Source: Candidatus Thiodiazotropha sp. (ex Myrtea sp. 'scaly one' KF741663) | GTDB lineage: Bacteria > Pseudomonadota > Gammaproteobacteria > Chromatiales > Chromatiaceae | Direction of reading: 5' to 3' | Assembly (NCBI GenBank): GCA_025655555.1 | Contig: JAHXIQ010000007.1 | Coordinates: forward strand, 83,010-147,009 | Length of the DNA: 64,000 bases | Shown here: positions 1-9,383 of the stretch, piece after piece | Layout: the number at the start of each line of letters is the position of its first letter | Position numbering within the stretch: position 1 is the first letter of the stretch | Notes under the pieces: model-generated | What the model was told of the DNA's origin: nothing | Databases searched by the model: none | Seen by the model: the letters and a program-made list of their open reading frames with translations, nothing else | Position numbers and translations under genes: made by a program

Positions 1-2
1 AG

Positions 3-401
3 GTGCCAATCTATACGGGCGGAGCGGTAAGTGCTCAAACGCGCCAGGCGATGGCCAACTTCCGTGCTGCCCAACAGGGTCTGGATCAGACACGCCGATC
101 GGTAAACCGTCAGGTTAGAGATGCCTATCGAGGTGTTCTTTCAGCCATCAGTCAGGTTGAAGCACTCAAGGCGGCAACCATTTCGGCGCAGAGTGCTTTG
201 GAGTCTACCCAGGCGGGTTATGAGGTGGGTACGCGCACCATCGTCGATGTATTGAACGTGCAGCGGAATCTTTTCTCCTCGCAGCGGGACTATCTCAACT
301 CACGATACAGCTACATTCTGAACGGTCTCTCGCTGAAATCCGCTGCAGGCACACTCAGCGAAGAGGATCTGCAGCGTGTCAATACCTGGTTGGAGCGCTG
401 A
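3..401 (+). CDS. tolC: TolC-family outer-membrane channel protein, C-terminal part (5' end lies outside the window)
   Basis: The ORF is open at the window start. The helical repeat text (AQSALESTQAGYEVGTRTIVDVLNVQRNLFSSQRDYLNSRYSYILN) is typical of the TolC/OMF C-terminal half. The stop lies 7 nt before aroC. Confidence 0.75.
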   Translation: MPIYTGGAVSAQTRQAMANFRAAQQGLDQTRRSVNRQVRDAYRGVLSAISQVEALKAATISAQSALESTQAGYEVGTRTIVDVLNVQRNLFSSQRDYLNSRYSYILNGLSLKSAAGTLSEEDLQRVNTWLER

Positions 402-407
402 GTTCTT

Positions 408-1502
408 ATGTCCGGCAACACAATCGGCAAACTCTTTTCGGTGACCTCTTTTGGTGAGTCCCATGGGCCTGCCATTGGCTGTATTGTGGACGGCTGTCCC
501 CCTGGGCTTGCATTATCCTCCAGCGATCTGCAGCCAGATCTGGACCGCCGTAAGCCGGGTACTTCTCGCCACACAACACAGCGTCGGGAGGATGATGAAG
601 TAGAGATCCTCTCTGGTGTTTTCGAGGGCAAAACTACCGGTACGCCCATTGGCATGATCATTCGCAATACAGATCAGCGATCCAAGGACTATTCCGATAT
701 CATGGACCGCTTTCGTCCCGGACATGCAGACTATACCTATAACCAAAAGTTTGGTTTCCGTGACTACCGTGGCGGTGGCCGCTCCTCGGCCCGTGAGACT
801 GCCATGCGGGTGGCGGCGGGGGGGATCGCCAAGAAATATCTGCGAGAGCGCTACGGTATTGAGATTCGGGGCTATCTGGCCCAACTAGGGCCACTGAGAC
901 CAGAGAAATTCGACTGGGATCAGGTAGAGCAGAACCCATTTTTCTCGCCTGATGAAAATATGGTGCCGGAGATGGAAGCCTATATGGATGCACTGCGCAA
1001 AGAGGGTAACTCCATCGGTGCACGTATCAACGTAGTCGCCACCGGTATGATGGCCGGTATCGGTGAGCCTATCTTCGATCGCCTGGATGCGGATTTGGCA
1101 CATGCCCTGATGAGTATCAATGCAGTCAAAGGTGTCGAGATCGGTGACGGTTTTCTCTGCGTGGAGCAGAAGGGGACCGAACACCGGGACGAGATGACAC
1201 CTGAAGGATTTCTTAGCAACCATGCGGGTGGTGTGCTGGGAGGCATCTCCAGTGGCCAGGATTTGGTCGCGAGCATTGCTCTTAAACCCACCTCCAGTTT
1301 ACGCTTACCGGGACATACGGTGAATCGTGAGGGTGCTCCGGTCGAAGTCGTTACTCAGGGACGTCACGACCCCTGTGTTGGTATTCGCGCCACACCCATT
1401 GCCGAAGCCATGATGGCGATCGTGGTGATGGACCATGTGTTACGCAATCGTGGTCAGAATATGGACGTCAACTCAGGTCTGACGGATCTCGGTTCAGAAT
1501 AG
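408..1502 (+). CDS. aroC: Chorismate synthase
   Basis: 364 aa. The N-terminus [28 protein letters not shown] and the motifs RPGHADYTY and [11 protein letters not shown] are classic AroC. Confidence 0.97.
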   Translation: MSGNTIGKLFSVTSFGESHGPAIGCIVDGCPPGLALSSSDLQPDLDRRKPGTSRHTTQRREDDEVEILSGVFEGKTTGTPIGMIIRNTDQRSKDYSDIMDRFRPGHADYTYNQKFGFRDYRGGGRSSARETAMRVAAGGIAKKYLRERYGIEIRGYLAQLGPLRPEKFDWDQVEQNPFFSPDENMVPEMEAYMDALRKEGNSIGARINVVATGMMAGIGEPIFDRLDADLAHALMSINAVKGVEIGDGFLCVEQKGTEHRDEMTPEGFLSNHAGGVLGGISSGQDLVASIALKPTSSLRLPGHTVNREGAPVEVVTQGRHDPCVGIRATPIAEAMMAIVVMDHVLRNRGQNMDVNSGLTDLGSE

Positions 1503-1504
1503 GG

Positions 1505-2653
1505 ATGCCATACTGGCGTCTTTCGGGATTCTATCTCTTCTATTTCGCCTCACTGGGCGCTTTGCTGCCATTTTGGGGACTCTACCTACAGGATCGGGGC
1601 TTCACGCCGGTTGAGATTGGTGAGTTGATGGCGGTGATCATGATCACCAAGCTGATTGCACCCAACATCTGGGGTTGGATCGCCGATCATACCGGCCTGC
1701 GCATGCCCATCGTCCGGATGGCTTCACTACTCTCCATCGTCTGTTTTGTGGGTGTTTTCTATGCCGAGGGTTTCTGGCTACTGGCCCTGGTCATGATGCT
1801 CTTCAGCTTCTTCTGGAACGCTTCATTGCCTCAGTTCGAAGCGGTCACCATGAGTCATCTCAAAGATCGTATCCAACACTACAGTCGCATCCGGCTTTGG
1901 GGTTCCATTGGCTTTATCCTGACAGTCACTGTACTGGGTTACCTGCTTGACGAAATGGGTGTGGATTTAGTACCGAAAATGGTCCTGCTGATCTACATCG
2001 GTATCTTTATCAGTAGCCTGCTGGTGCCGGAGAAGCGGGCCGTGATGCCGAGCCAGCACCAGGGCTCGATTATGCAGGTGCTGAGACGCAAGGATGTGGT
2101 CGCCTTCCTGTTGGTCAGTTTCTTAATGCAGGCTAGCCACAGTGCCTACTATGCCTTCTACTCGATCTATATGGAAGGTATCGGTTATTCAAGCAGCACG
2201 ATTGGCGAACTTTGGGCATTGGGTGTGATTGCAGAGGTTTTGATCTTCCTGGTCATGCATCGCCTGCTTCATCGCTGGAGTGCCCGGCAGGTATTGATCG
2301 TCAGTTTGGCGATTGCTGTGGTGCGTTGGATTCTGGTGGGTATCGCGCCAGAAAATCTGCTGCTGGTCCTGTTGGCGCAAGTGATGCACGCAGCAACATT
2401 CGGCACCTTTCATGCCGCCGCAATACACTTGGTACACCACTATTTTGTTGGCCGGCACCAGGGTAGGGGGCAGGCGCTATACAGTAGTATCAGTTTTGGC
2501 GCAGGTGGTGCCTTTGGCAGTCTGTTGAGTGGGTATTTCTGGACAGGTATTGGCCCGGCGGCTACCTATGGTGTTGCTGCAGGCTATGCTTTGTTAGCGG
2601 TTTTGATTGCCTGGCGATGGGTCGATCGGGAGGCTGGGGTGAAGCCGGCTTGA
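1505..2653 (+). CDS. MFS transporter (PPP / 3-phenylpropionate-transporter-like family)
   Basis: 382 aa and highly hydrophobic, about 12 helices by eye. The N-terminus YWRLSGFYLFYFASLGALLPFWGLYL is typical of MFS_1_like/HcaT-type proteins. It starts 2 nt after the aroC stop. Confidence 0.8.
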   Translation: MPYWRLSGFYLFYFASLGALLPFWGLYLQDRGFTPVEIGELMAVIMITKLIAPNIWGWIADHTGLRMPIVRMASLLSIVCFVGVFYAEGFWLLALVMMLFSFFWNASLPQFEAVTMSHLKDRIQHYSRIRLWGSIGFILTVTVLGYLLDEMGVDLVPKMVLLIYIGIFISSLLVPEKRAVMPSQHQGSIMQVLRRKDVVAFLLVSFLMQASHSAYYAFYSIYMEGIGYSSSTIGELWALGVIAEVLIFLVMHRLLHRWSARQVLIVSLAIAVVRWILVGIAPENLLLVLLAQVMHAATFGTFHAAAIHLVHHYFVGRHQGRGQALYSSISFGAGGAFGSLLSGYFWTGIGPAATYGVAAGYALLAVLIAWRWVDREAGVKPA

Positions 2654-2740
2654 CACAACTGTCAGAGCGCAGTACCTTGCGCACCGTTGCTGCGCTGCAG
2701 CATTCATAGCTACCTTATACTACAACTCCGGAGCTTCTCA

Positions 2741-3169
2741 ATGGCCATTGAACGCACTTTCTCTATCGTCAAACCCGATGCTGTGGCAAAGAACGTAATC
2801 GGTCAAATCTACGGTCGATTCGAGGCGGCCGGGTTGAAAATCGTGGCGTCGAGGATGCTCCATCTTAGCCGAGAACAGGCAGGTAATTTCTACGCGGTAC
2901 ACAAGGAGCGTCCTTTCTACAATGATCTGATCGATTTCATGACCTCCGGTCCTGTCATGGTGCAGGTGTTGGAAGGTGAAAACGCCATCGCGAGAAACCG
3001 TGAAATCATGGGTGCCACCAATCCGCAGGAAGCTGCACCTGGCACCATCAGAGCCGATTTTGCCCAGACAGTGGACGAGAATGCAGTGCATGGTTCCGAT
3101 GGACCCGATACCGCAAAGGCCGAGATTACATTCTTCTTTCCTGAGGGCGTCTGCGAACGGACTCGCTAA
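2741..3169 (+). CDS. ndk: Nucleoside diphosphate kinase
   Basis: I trimmed the ORF to ATG 2741, giving [15 protein letters not shown] and 142 aa, the normal Ndk length. The NAVHGSD active-site His motif is present. Confidence 0.97.
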   Translation: MAIERTFSIVKPDAVAKNVIGQIYGRFEAAGLKIVASRMLHLSREQAGNFYAVHKERPFYNDLIDFMTSGPVMVQVLEGENAIARNREIMGATNPQEAAPGTIRADFAQTVDENAVHGSDGPDTAKAEITFFFPEGVCERTR

Positions 3170-3174
3170 GCGAC

Positions 3175-5487
3175 TCAGTGGTCAAAGTTCATCTGAATAT
3201 AGTCGGCGGACATTGACCACTGCAGGCCTATCTGATCATGGCATTCCACACGTGGGAGGATGATTTCCGCCCCTAACGAGTGGACCTGCGTGGCGATATG
3301 CTGGATCTTCTCGTTGTCGATCTTTAGCAGTGACGGGTGTGGTCTGACGGCATTGCCTTGAAGGTATGCGAGGACCTTATAGGCTGTATCGTTACAGGCA
3401 AAGTTATCCAGTGAGACACTGATACCTAAGCCGGCAAGCTCTCCCATCAGGGCTCTTGCCTGTTTCAGATTGGCAGCCAGAGAAGGTAGGTCAAACTCTA
3501 TCATGAGACCGGTACCGACCATCTGGCGTCTGCGCAACTCCGACTTAATAAAATCGAGATAGGCCGTGTCTTGGATTACCTGCGCGGATTGATGGAAGAT
3601 CAATCTTCCCCTGCTACCTTGCATGACAAGTTTTCCCAATCTTTGCAGAGCCTGGTCGCAGATGAAATGGTCGAATTCAACCAAGGCGCCGGCATCGGTC
3701 GCCATCTGATAAGGATTTTTTGTCTCACCATCGAGAATGGGTATCAGTTCTATAGTCTCTAAGGATTGTTCCTTTCGGCCGGTGTAGTGTTGCTCTTGAA
3801 GGGTCACCAAGCCGTTTCCAACAGCGTTTAAAAATTTCTCCTTTGGCAAGGTTTCGACGGCATATTTGTTTACCTCGGCTGAGGTAGGTTGTTCTTCACC
3901 GTAGAGTTGGTAGCCTGTTTTGCCTTGGCGATAGGCAAAATGTGCACTCGATTCGGCATGACAGAGCCGCTCGTGAGCACTCCCTGTTGTACTGTCCAGC
4001 AGCGTCATGCCAATACCGAGCCTGGTATGATCCGTTTCTTTTAATACCGGGAACACTGCTGTATAGACAGCTTCTCCCAGTTGTTCCACCTCATGTTCCT
4101 GATCTCGTTGAAACAGGATTGACAGGCTGAGGTCACCAATCCTTGCCAATGTGTCGCTTTGTCTCAGAAGTGGTTTGATCGTATTGGCAACCTGAACCAG
4201 TAGAGATCCCCTTGCCTCATTGTCGATTTCAATCGATTCATCTTGGTTATCGCTAAGGCAGCAGACGAGGATTGAACGGTAGGCATTCGATTTTGAAAGG
4301 GTCAGATCGATCAGTGAGAGAAACTCTCTTCTTGTAGGCAGACCTGTTATCTGGTCTGTATAAAGTTGTGCGGCACCGGCGCAGATGCTCTTAGCGCGAT
4401 CGATACGGGTGTTGACGGTGGCCAGCAGTTGTTGTGGGCGCACCGGTTTGGTAAGGAAGTCATCCGCCCCTGCGTAGAGCGCCAGCAGCTTTTTCTCCAG
4501 GTCGTCCTCACCCGAGAGAAACACAATGGGAATGGCTTGCGTCTCTTTACGGTCACGAATCAACCGGGTGAGTTCAATTCCGTCAGCGCCCGGCATATAG
4601 AGGTCCATCAGGATAAGGTCTGGCTGAAACTGGGTGACACCCTCAATGACACTCAGGGGATTGTAGATGGCGAGCGTGTCCATACCGGTCTTCTGTAACA
4701 ATTTTGCAGCGAAATTGGCCTGCGACTCATCATCCTCGACAATCAATACCCGTTTGCGAGGGATCGCTTTCGGATTGATTCGGCTCTCAAGTGTGTCTAT
4801 CAGATCATCGATATGGATCGGTTTGGTGAAGAAATGTCTGGCACCCGTGCGCATAGCGCTTAAACGGGTTTCCATATTGTAGTGCTCGGAGAGAAAAACC
4901 AGTTCGGATTGAGTGGTGTGCTTTTTATTGTTTAGCAAATCGAGTACTTGGTTGAGCATGTCACTATCCAGAAACGCTGCATCGATCAGAAGTACTGTTG
5001 CCCCCTCACGGGAAACGATGGCATAGAGTTCATCAGCCTGCTCCAGTGTGCAATGCCGCCACGGTTGAGTCTCAAGGGCTTGAGAAATCGGGTCACTCTT
5101 GTCCACCACTTGTGGCAGATAGATCAGATCGAACGGGATGACATCCTCTGGGCGCGCCGGTTTAGATACCGTCGAGTTGAAAACATGATCCTTCAGTTGG
5201 TCCAGCGTCTCATTCAGCCTTTTGATCTGTTCATTGCTTGGTGATGTGTTGCTGTCAATGACGGCATTAACCATATCGTCTATCGAGGTGATCTGTCCGA
5301 TCAGCGTCTTCTGGCCGGTCTCTTCACAACGGCGTGAAAACGCATGCAGGTGACGTGATAGTTGTCGAGTTGAAGAGCTATTCCAGATGCCTGATGGCAA
5401 GATTGGCCAGTTTGCCTCAATCTTCTTCATGATTGCCTGAAACTCGGCTGAGAGATCATCGGCGAGGTGATTTTCAGTCTTCGACAT
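3175..5487 (-). CDS. Response-regulator-type protein with two receiver-like modules plus degenerate GGDEF and degenerate EAL domains (probably non-catalytic)
   Basis: 770 aa. A canonical receiver is present (VLIVEDDES...LILMDLYMPGADG...FLTKPV), preceded by a receiver-like module (VLLIDAAF...FFTKPI). The GGDEF position reads RIGDLSLS. The EAL-domain signatures are replaced: ELI for EAL, DNFA for DDFG and LPRVE for AEGVE. Confidence 0.8.
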   Translation of the reverse strand: MSKTENHLADDLSAEFQAIMKKIEANWPILPSGIWNSSSTRQLSRHLHAFSRRCEETGQKTLIGQITSIDDMVNAVIDSNTSPSNEQIKRLNETLDQLKDHVFNSTVSKPARPEDVIPFDLIYLPQVVDKSDPISQALETQPWRHCTLEQADELYAIVSREGATVLLIDAAFLDSDMLNQVLDLLNNKKHTTQSELVFLSEHYNMETRLSAMRTGARHFFTKPIHIDDLIDTLESRINPKAIPRKRVLIVEDDESQANFAAKLLQKTGMDTLAIYNPLSVIEGVTQFQPDLILMDLYMPGADGIELTRLIRDRKETQAIPIVFLSGEDDLEKKLLALYAGADDFLTKPVRPQQLLATVNTRIDRAKSICAGAAQLYTDQITGLPTRREFLSLIDLTLSKSNAYRSILVCCLSDNQDESIEIDNEARGSLLVQVANTIKPLLRQSDTLARIGDLSLSILFQRDQEHEVEQLGEAVYTAVFPVLKETDHTRLGIGMTLLDSTTGSAHERLCHAESSAHFAYRQGKTGYQLYGEEQPTSAEVNKYAVETLPKEKFLNAVGNGLVTLQEQHYTGRKEQSLETIELIPILDGETKNPYQMATDAGALVEFDHFICDQALQRLGKLVMQGSRGRLIFHQSAQVIQDTAYLDFIKSELRRRQMVGTGLMIEFDLPSLAANLKQARALMGELAGLGISVSLDNFACNDTAYKVLAYLQGNAVRPHPSLLKIDNEKIQHIATQVHSLGAEIILPRVECHDQIGLQWSMSADYIQMNFDH

Positions 5488-5913
5488 GGTTTAGGGCCTG
5501 CATATTAACCACAAGAAAAGTAAGTGAAGATTCTACTGCTTTTTCAGAAAATCAAAAGCTTAGTTTGCGCTGTTTTGTAGGACATTTGTGGAAGCGTAGA
5601 AATTCACTGGTTCTGCTGGACACCGGTATCAGATAGGTCGATAGGCCATGTTTTTCTGTAGTTCGTAAGCCACTTAGGTTCCAGGCCAGCCCGACACATC
5701 GTCAATGTGAAATGCTGAAGCACTTATTTCGATTGGAAACTGATATTCAGAGGAGTGAGTGGAAAATCAGTATGTCATTTGACTGGGCCTTCTATTCCAA
5801 AGGTGATATTAACTCACTAAATTAATCAACTATTGTTAGGTAATACGGACGGTAATCATTCTCACTGCTCAAATCTGATCTGGCGGGCAGCCAGGTGTCA
5901 GAGGAGGTACTTG

Positions 5914-7176
5914 ATGAAATTGCACCCGACCCCCATGCTCGATCAGCTGGAGAGCGGCGAGTGGCCAAGTTTTGTCACTGGCATTAAACGCTTACGTGAT
6001 AATCATCCCGATAGTCGTATCCGCGAAACTACCAACGATCTGTTGGGCCAACTGGAACACTCCTATGAAACCCGAAAGGGCTATTGGAAAGGGGGAACGG
6101 TGAGTGTCTTTGGTTATGGCGGCGGCATAATTCCCCGCTTTTCAGAAGTGGGCGACCTATTTCCAAAATCGAGGGAGTTCCACACCCTGCGAGTACAGCC
6201 TCCTGCGGGAAACTACTACACCACCGATATCCTACGCCGAATGGCGGACAGCTGGGAGAAATGGGGGTCCGGTCTGGTCACCTTCCATGGCCAGACAGGG
6301 AATATCATGTTCATTGGTGCTACCACGGAGAACACTCAGCACTTCTTCAACGAGATTAATGAGTATGGGTTTGATCTGGGTGGGGCAGGTCCCTGCGTAC
6401 GAACTGCCCAGTCCTGCGTCGGTGCCGGTCGCTGTGAGCAGTCCTGCGCCAATGAACATGAGATTCATCACCGGCTGGTGAATAATTTTCTCGATGAGAT
6501 GCATCGACCGGCACTCCCTTACAAATTCAAATTCAAGGTTTCGGGTTGTCCCAATGACTGTATGAACGCAATCGAGCGGGCTGATTTCGCCGTCATCGGT
6601 ACCTGGCGGGATGATATGCAGGTGGAACAGGACGAGGTAAAACAGTATGTGGCCACAAAAGGCCGGCAGTATCTCATTGATAATGTCATTACCCGCTGCC
6701 CAACCCACGCCCTCTCACTGAACGATGATGACACCTTGAGTGTGGATAACCCCGATTGTGTGCGCTGTATGCACTGTCTCAATGTGATGCCCAAGGCACT
6801 TTCGCCTGGCAAAGACAGGGGCGTCAGCCTGCTGATTGGCGGCAAGCGTACGCTGAAAATCGGTGACCGCTTTGGGACTGTCATTATTCCGTTCATGAAA
6901 CTGGAGGATGAATCGGATTACCAACGTCTGGTCGATATCGCAGAGGAGACCATCGATTTCTTTGCCGAGAATGCATTAGAGCACGAGCGCATCGGTGAGA
7001 TGATTGAGCGTATCGGTCTGGTTAACTTTCTTGAGGCGCTGGGTATCGAGATGGACCCCAATATGATCGTACATCCACGGGAAAACTCTTATGTGAGAAC
7101 CGATCACTGGGATGAGGAAGCGGACAAGTGGTTTGAACAGCATCCTCGTCGTAACAAATCGGCGGATGCAGCCTAA
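5914..7176 (+). CDS. dsrA: Dissimilatory sulfite reductase alpha subunit, oxidative (reverse) type
   Basis: 420 aa from ATG 5914, which is preceded by GAGGAGG at 5901-5907. TPMLDQLESGEWPSFVTGIKRLRD and LGQLEHSYETRKGYWKGGTVSVFGYGGGIIPRFSEV match my memory of Allochromatium vinosum DsrA. The siroheme/FeS Cys clusters (SGCPNDC) and the ferredoxin insert (CP...CVRCMHC) are present. Confidence 0.93.
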   Translation: MKLHPTPMLDQLESGEWPSFVTGIKRLRDNHPDSRIRETTNDLLGQLEHSYETRKGYWKGGTVSVFGYGGGIIPRFSEVGDLFPKSREFHTLRVQPPAGNYYTTDILRRMADSWEKWGSGLVTFHGQTGNIMFIGATTENTQHFFNEINEYGFDLGGAGPCVRTAQSCVGAGRCEQSCANEHEIHHRLVNNFLDEMHRPALPYKFKFKVSGCPNDCMNAIERADFAVIGTWRDDMQVEQDEVKQYVATKGRQYLIDNVITRCPTHALSLNDDDTLSVDNPDCVRCMHCLNVMPKALSPGKDRGVSLLIGGKRTLKIGDRFGTVIIPFMKLEDESDYQRLVDIAEETIDFFAENALEHERIGEMIERIGLVNFLEALGIEMDPNMIVHPRENSYVRTDHWDEEADKWFEQHPRRNKSADAA

Positions 7177-7190
7177 GGGAGTAATGATCT

Positions 7191-8267
7191 ATGGCGCATG
7201 CAGAACGTAGAGTCCCCATCGAGAGCGGTTGTCCAGACGGTATCCAATACATGCATCCGGTGATGCGTGAGAATTTTGGCCACTGGCGCTATCACGAAGA
7301 CCCGAAGCCGGGTGTTTTGCGGCATGTGGCGGAAAGCGGAGATGAGATTTGGACGGTGCGCGCCGGTACCCAGCGTATTCTCGATCTCTTTACCCTGCGC
7401 AAGCTTTGCGAGATTGGTGATGAGTATGCCGATGGCCATGTGCGATTTACTATCCGCAGCAACATTGAATTCATGTTGTCGGATGGCTCCCGGGTAGAGG
7501 CCCTGATCGCGGCATTGGAAGCGAGCGGCTTCATCGTTGGCGGTACGCGAAATTCTGTAGCAGCCATTTCACACACTCAGGGCTGGCTGCACTGTGATAT
7601 TCCAGCCACAGACGCCTCGGGTGTGGTCAAGTCGATGATGGATCAGCTAATCGATGAGTTTCGCCACTGGAACATGCCCAACCGGGTGCATATCACCACC
7701 TCCTGCTGTCAGATCAACTGTGGTGGGCAGGGTGATATTGCGATCAATATTCAGCACACTAAACCACCCAAGATCGATCACACCCTGGTCGCTAACGTCT
7801 GTGAGCGTCCCTCTGTGGTGGCCCGTTGTCCGGTAGCGGCGATTAGGCCCGCCATGGTCAATGGTAAGCCATCATTGGAGGTGGACGAACGCAAGTGTAT
7901 CTGTTGCGGTGCTTGTTATCCTCCCTGTCCACCCATGCAGATCAATGATCCGGAGCATTCCAAGCTGGCGGTCTGGATCGGCGGTAATCACTCCAATGCC
8001 CGCGGGCGACCCTGCTTCCAGAAGCTTGTCGCAGCCGGGATCCCCAACAATCCGCCACGCTGGCCGGAGGCAACCGCCATCGTCATGCGCATTCTCAAAA
8101 CCTATCAAGAGAGTGCGAGAGACTGGGAGAGGATCAACGATTGGGTTGAACGCATCGGCTGGCCCCGCTTCTTCGAGCTGACCGAGCTGCCCTTCACCAA
8201 ATTTCATATCGACAACTGGCGTGGTCAGCAGAAGAGCCTGAACGCATCGAGTCATTTGAGGTTCTAA
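7191..8267 (+). CDS. dsrB: Dissimilatory sulfite reductase beta subunit
   Basis: 358 aa, starting 14 nt after the dsrA stop. Cys motifs SCCQINCGG and CICCGACYPPCP (ferredoxin insert) are present. Size and order fit DsrB. Confidence 0.93.
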   Translation: MAHAERRVPIESGCPDGIQYMHPVMRENFGHWRYHEDPKPGVLRHVAESGDEIWTVRAGTQRILDLFTLRKLCEIGDEYADGHVRFTIRSNIEFMLSDGSRVEALIAALEASGFIVGGTRNSVAAISHTQGWLHCDIPATDASGVVKSMMDQLIDEFRHWNMPNRVHITTSCCQINCGGQGDIAINIQHTKPPKIDHTLVANVCERPSVVARCPVAAIRPAMVNGKPSLEVDERKCICCGACYPPCPPMQINDPEHSKLAVWIGGNHSNARGRPCFQKLVAAGIPNNPPRWPEATAIVMRILKTYQESARDWERINDWVERIGWPRFFELTELPFTKFHIDNWRGQQKSLNASSHLRF

Positions 8268-8269
8268 AG

Positions 8270-9330
8270 AGAAAACCCTTGGGACGTTCTATTGAACGGC
8301 AGGAATTAGTCCTTGTACCCATGACGGATTATAAAAATGTGGAATTCACGCGCCGTCGAATAGTGAGGCAGAACCGATGAGAACAGTCATAGTTTCTTCT
8401 GCGGGCACTGTTTTTTTTTACCTTATCTTGAGGCAGACCTTAATATTGTCGGTATTTTGGATATGAGGAAATCCTCTGATTCAAAGGCGGCCAAAGAGCG
8501 TTTTCTAATTAGGGTTTTCAATCGTCTTAAACTCATCAAAATATGCAGATTGAGACTCAATCATCTGACAAGAAAGAAGTCATGCCGTTTTATCCGTATT
8601 AAAGACAGATCACTTGAAGAACTGGAAAACCGGCTTATTGAACTGAAGCCGGATGTTGTGCTCGCCTATCGTATACCCATATTGAATAAAAAAACCCTGG
8701 CTATCCCAAGATTGGGATTTATCAATTTGCACCCATCATTGCTTCCCAAATATCGTGGCGGCCATCCAATTCTCTGGATGGCGAAGGACTACGATTTACA
8801 GGGCGGGGTAACGATTCACTATATGGAGGAGAAAGAAGACAGGGGACCCATACTTGAACAGGGAGAGTTCCTCATAAAGCCCGGCGCCAGTGAAGAGGAA
8901 GTTGAACGACAGGCCATTTTTCAACATGGTATCCCACTATCAATTAAGGCGTTGAAGAAGCTCCAATCGGGGAGCTCCATAAAGATAATGCAGAGTGAAT
9001 CAAGCCCCACACCTTACGCTTATCGAAAAAAACCGGAAGAACTCTGGCAGATGATTGATTGGCAGTCATGGTCGCTGGAGCATACATGGCATATGTTGCG
9101 TTGCCATTCATTCTGGAAATACAAACTACCTAAAATGTCGGGTTGGCGTAAGTGGGTGGATTGGCAGATCGGTATGGGTGTGACGGGAATGCATGATACT
9201 TCATGGGGGTCTGTGGTTGCTGACACGCAAGGCTATCGCATTTATCATCGAGAAGGCTGGATTGAGGTAAGGCCGTCAGTTCGTTTCAAACGGATTGTGA
9301 GAAAATTACTTAGCTGACTTTGTTGTTTGG
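8270..9330. other. A+T-rich patch immediately downstream of dsrB
   Basis: Hand counts give 24/60 G+C for 8461-8520 and 20/60 for 8521-8580, against 39/60 for 7981-8040 inside dsrB. I did not compute composition over the whole patch. Confidence 0.7.
8457..9317 (+). CDS. Formyltransferase-family protein (Fmt/PurN-like fold), apparently separated from its N-terminus by a frameshift at a T9 run
   Basis: Formyl_trans_N signature: PDVVLAYRIPILNKKTLAIPRLGFINLHPSLLPKYRGGHPILW...GGVTIHYMEE. There is no Shine-Dalgarno before 8457/8463. A good start (GAGG then ATG 8377, MRTVIVSSAGTVFF) sits upstream in another frame; see finding. Confidence 0.7.
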   Translation: MDMRKSSDSKAAKERFLIRVFNRLKLIKICRLRLNHLTRKKSCRFIRIKDRSLEELENRLIELKPDVVLAYRIPILNKKTLAIPRLGFINLHPSLLPKYRGGHPILWMAKDYDLQGGVTIHYMEEKEDRGPILEQGEFLIKPGASEEEVERQAIFQHGIPLSIKALKKLQSGSSIKIMQSESSPTPYAYRKKPEELWQMIDWQSWSLEHTWHMLRCHSFWKYKLPKMSGWRKWVDWQIGMGVTGMHDTSWGSVVADTQGYRIYHREGWIEVRPSVRFKRIVRKLLS

Positions 9331-9383
9331 GACTTGGGCATCATCTCCTTCTTTTACCTAAATGCTTTAGCGATTCGCCTGCT

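Noticed and set aside
5833-5913. TTG-initiated 27-codon extension of dsrA given in the ORF track.
   Set aside because: ATG 5914 has a perfect GAGGAGG 6 nt upstream and gives the normal DsrA N-terminus. The extension has no homology that I recognise.
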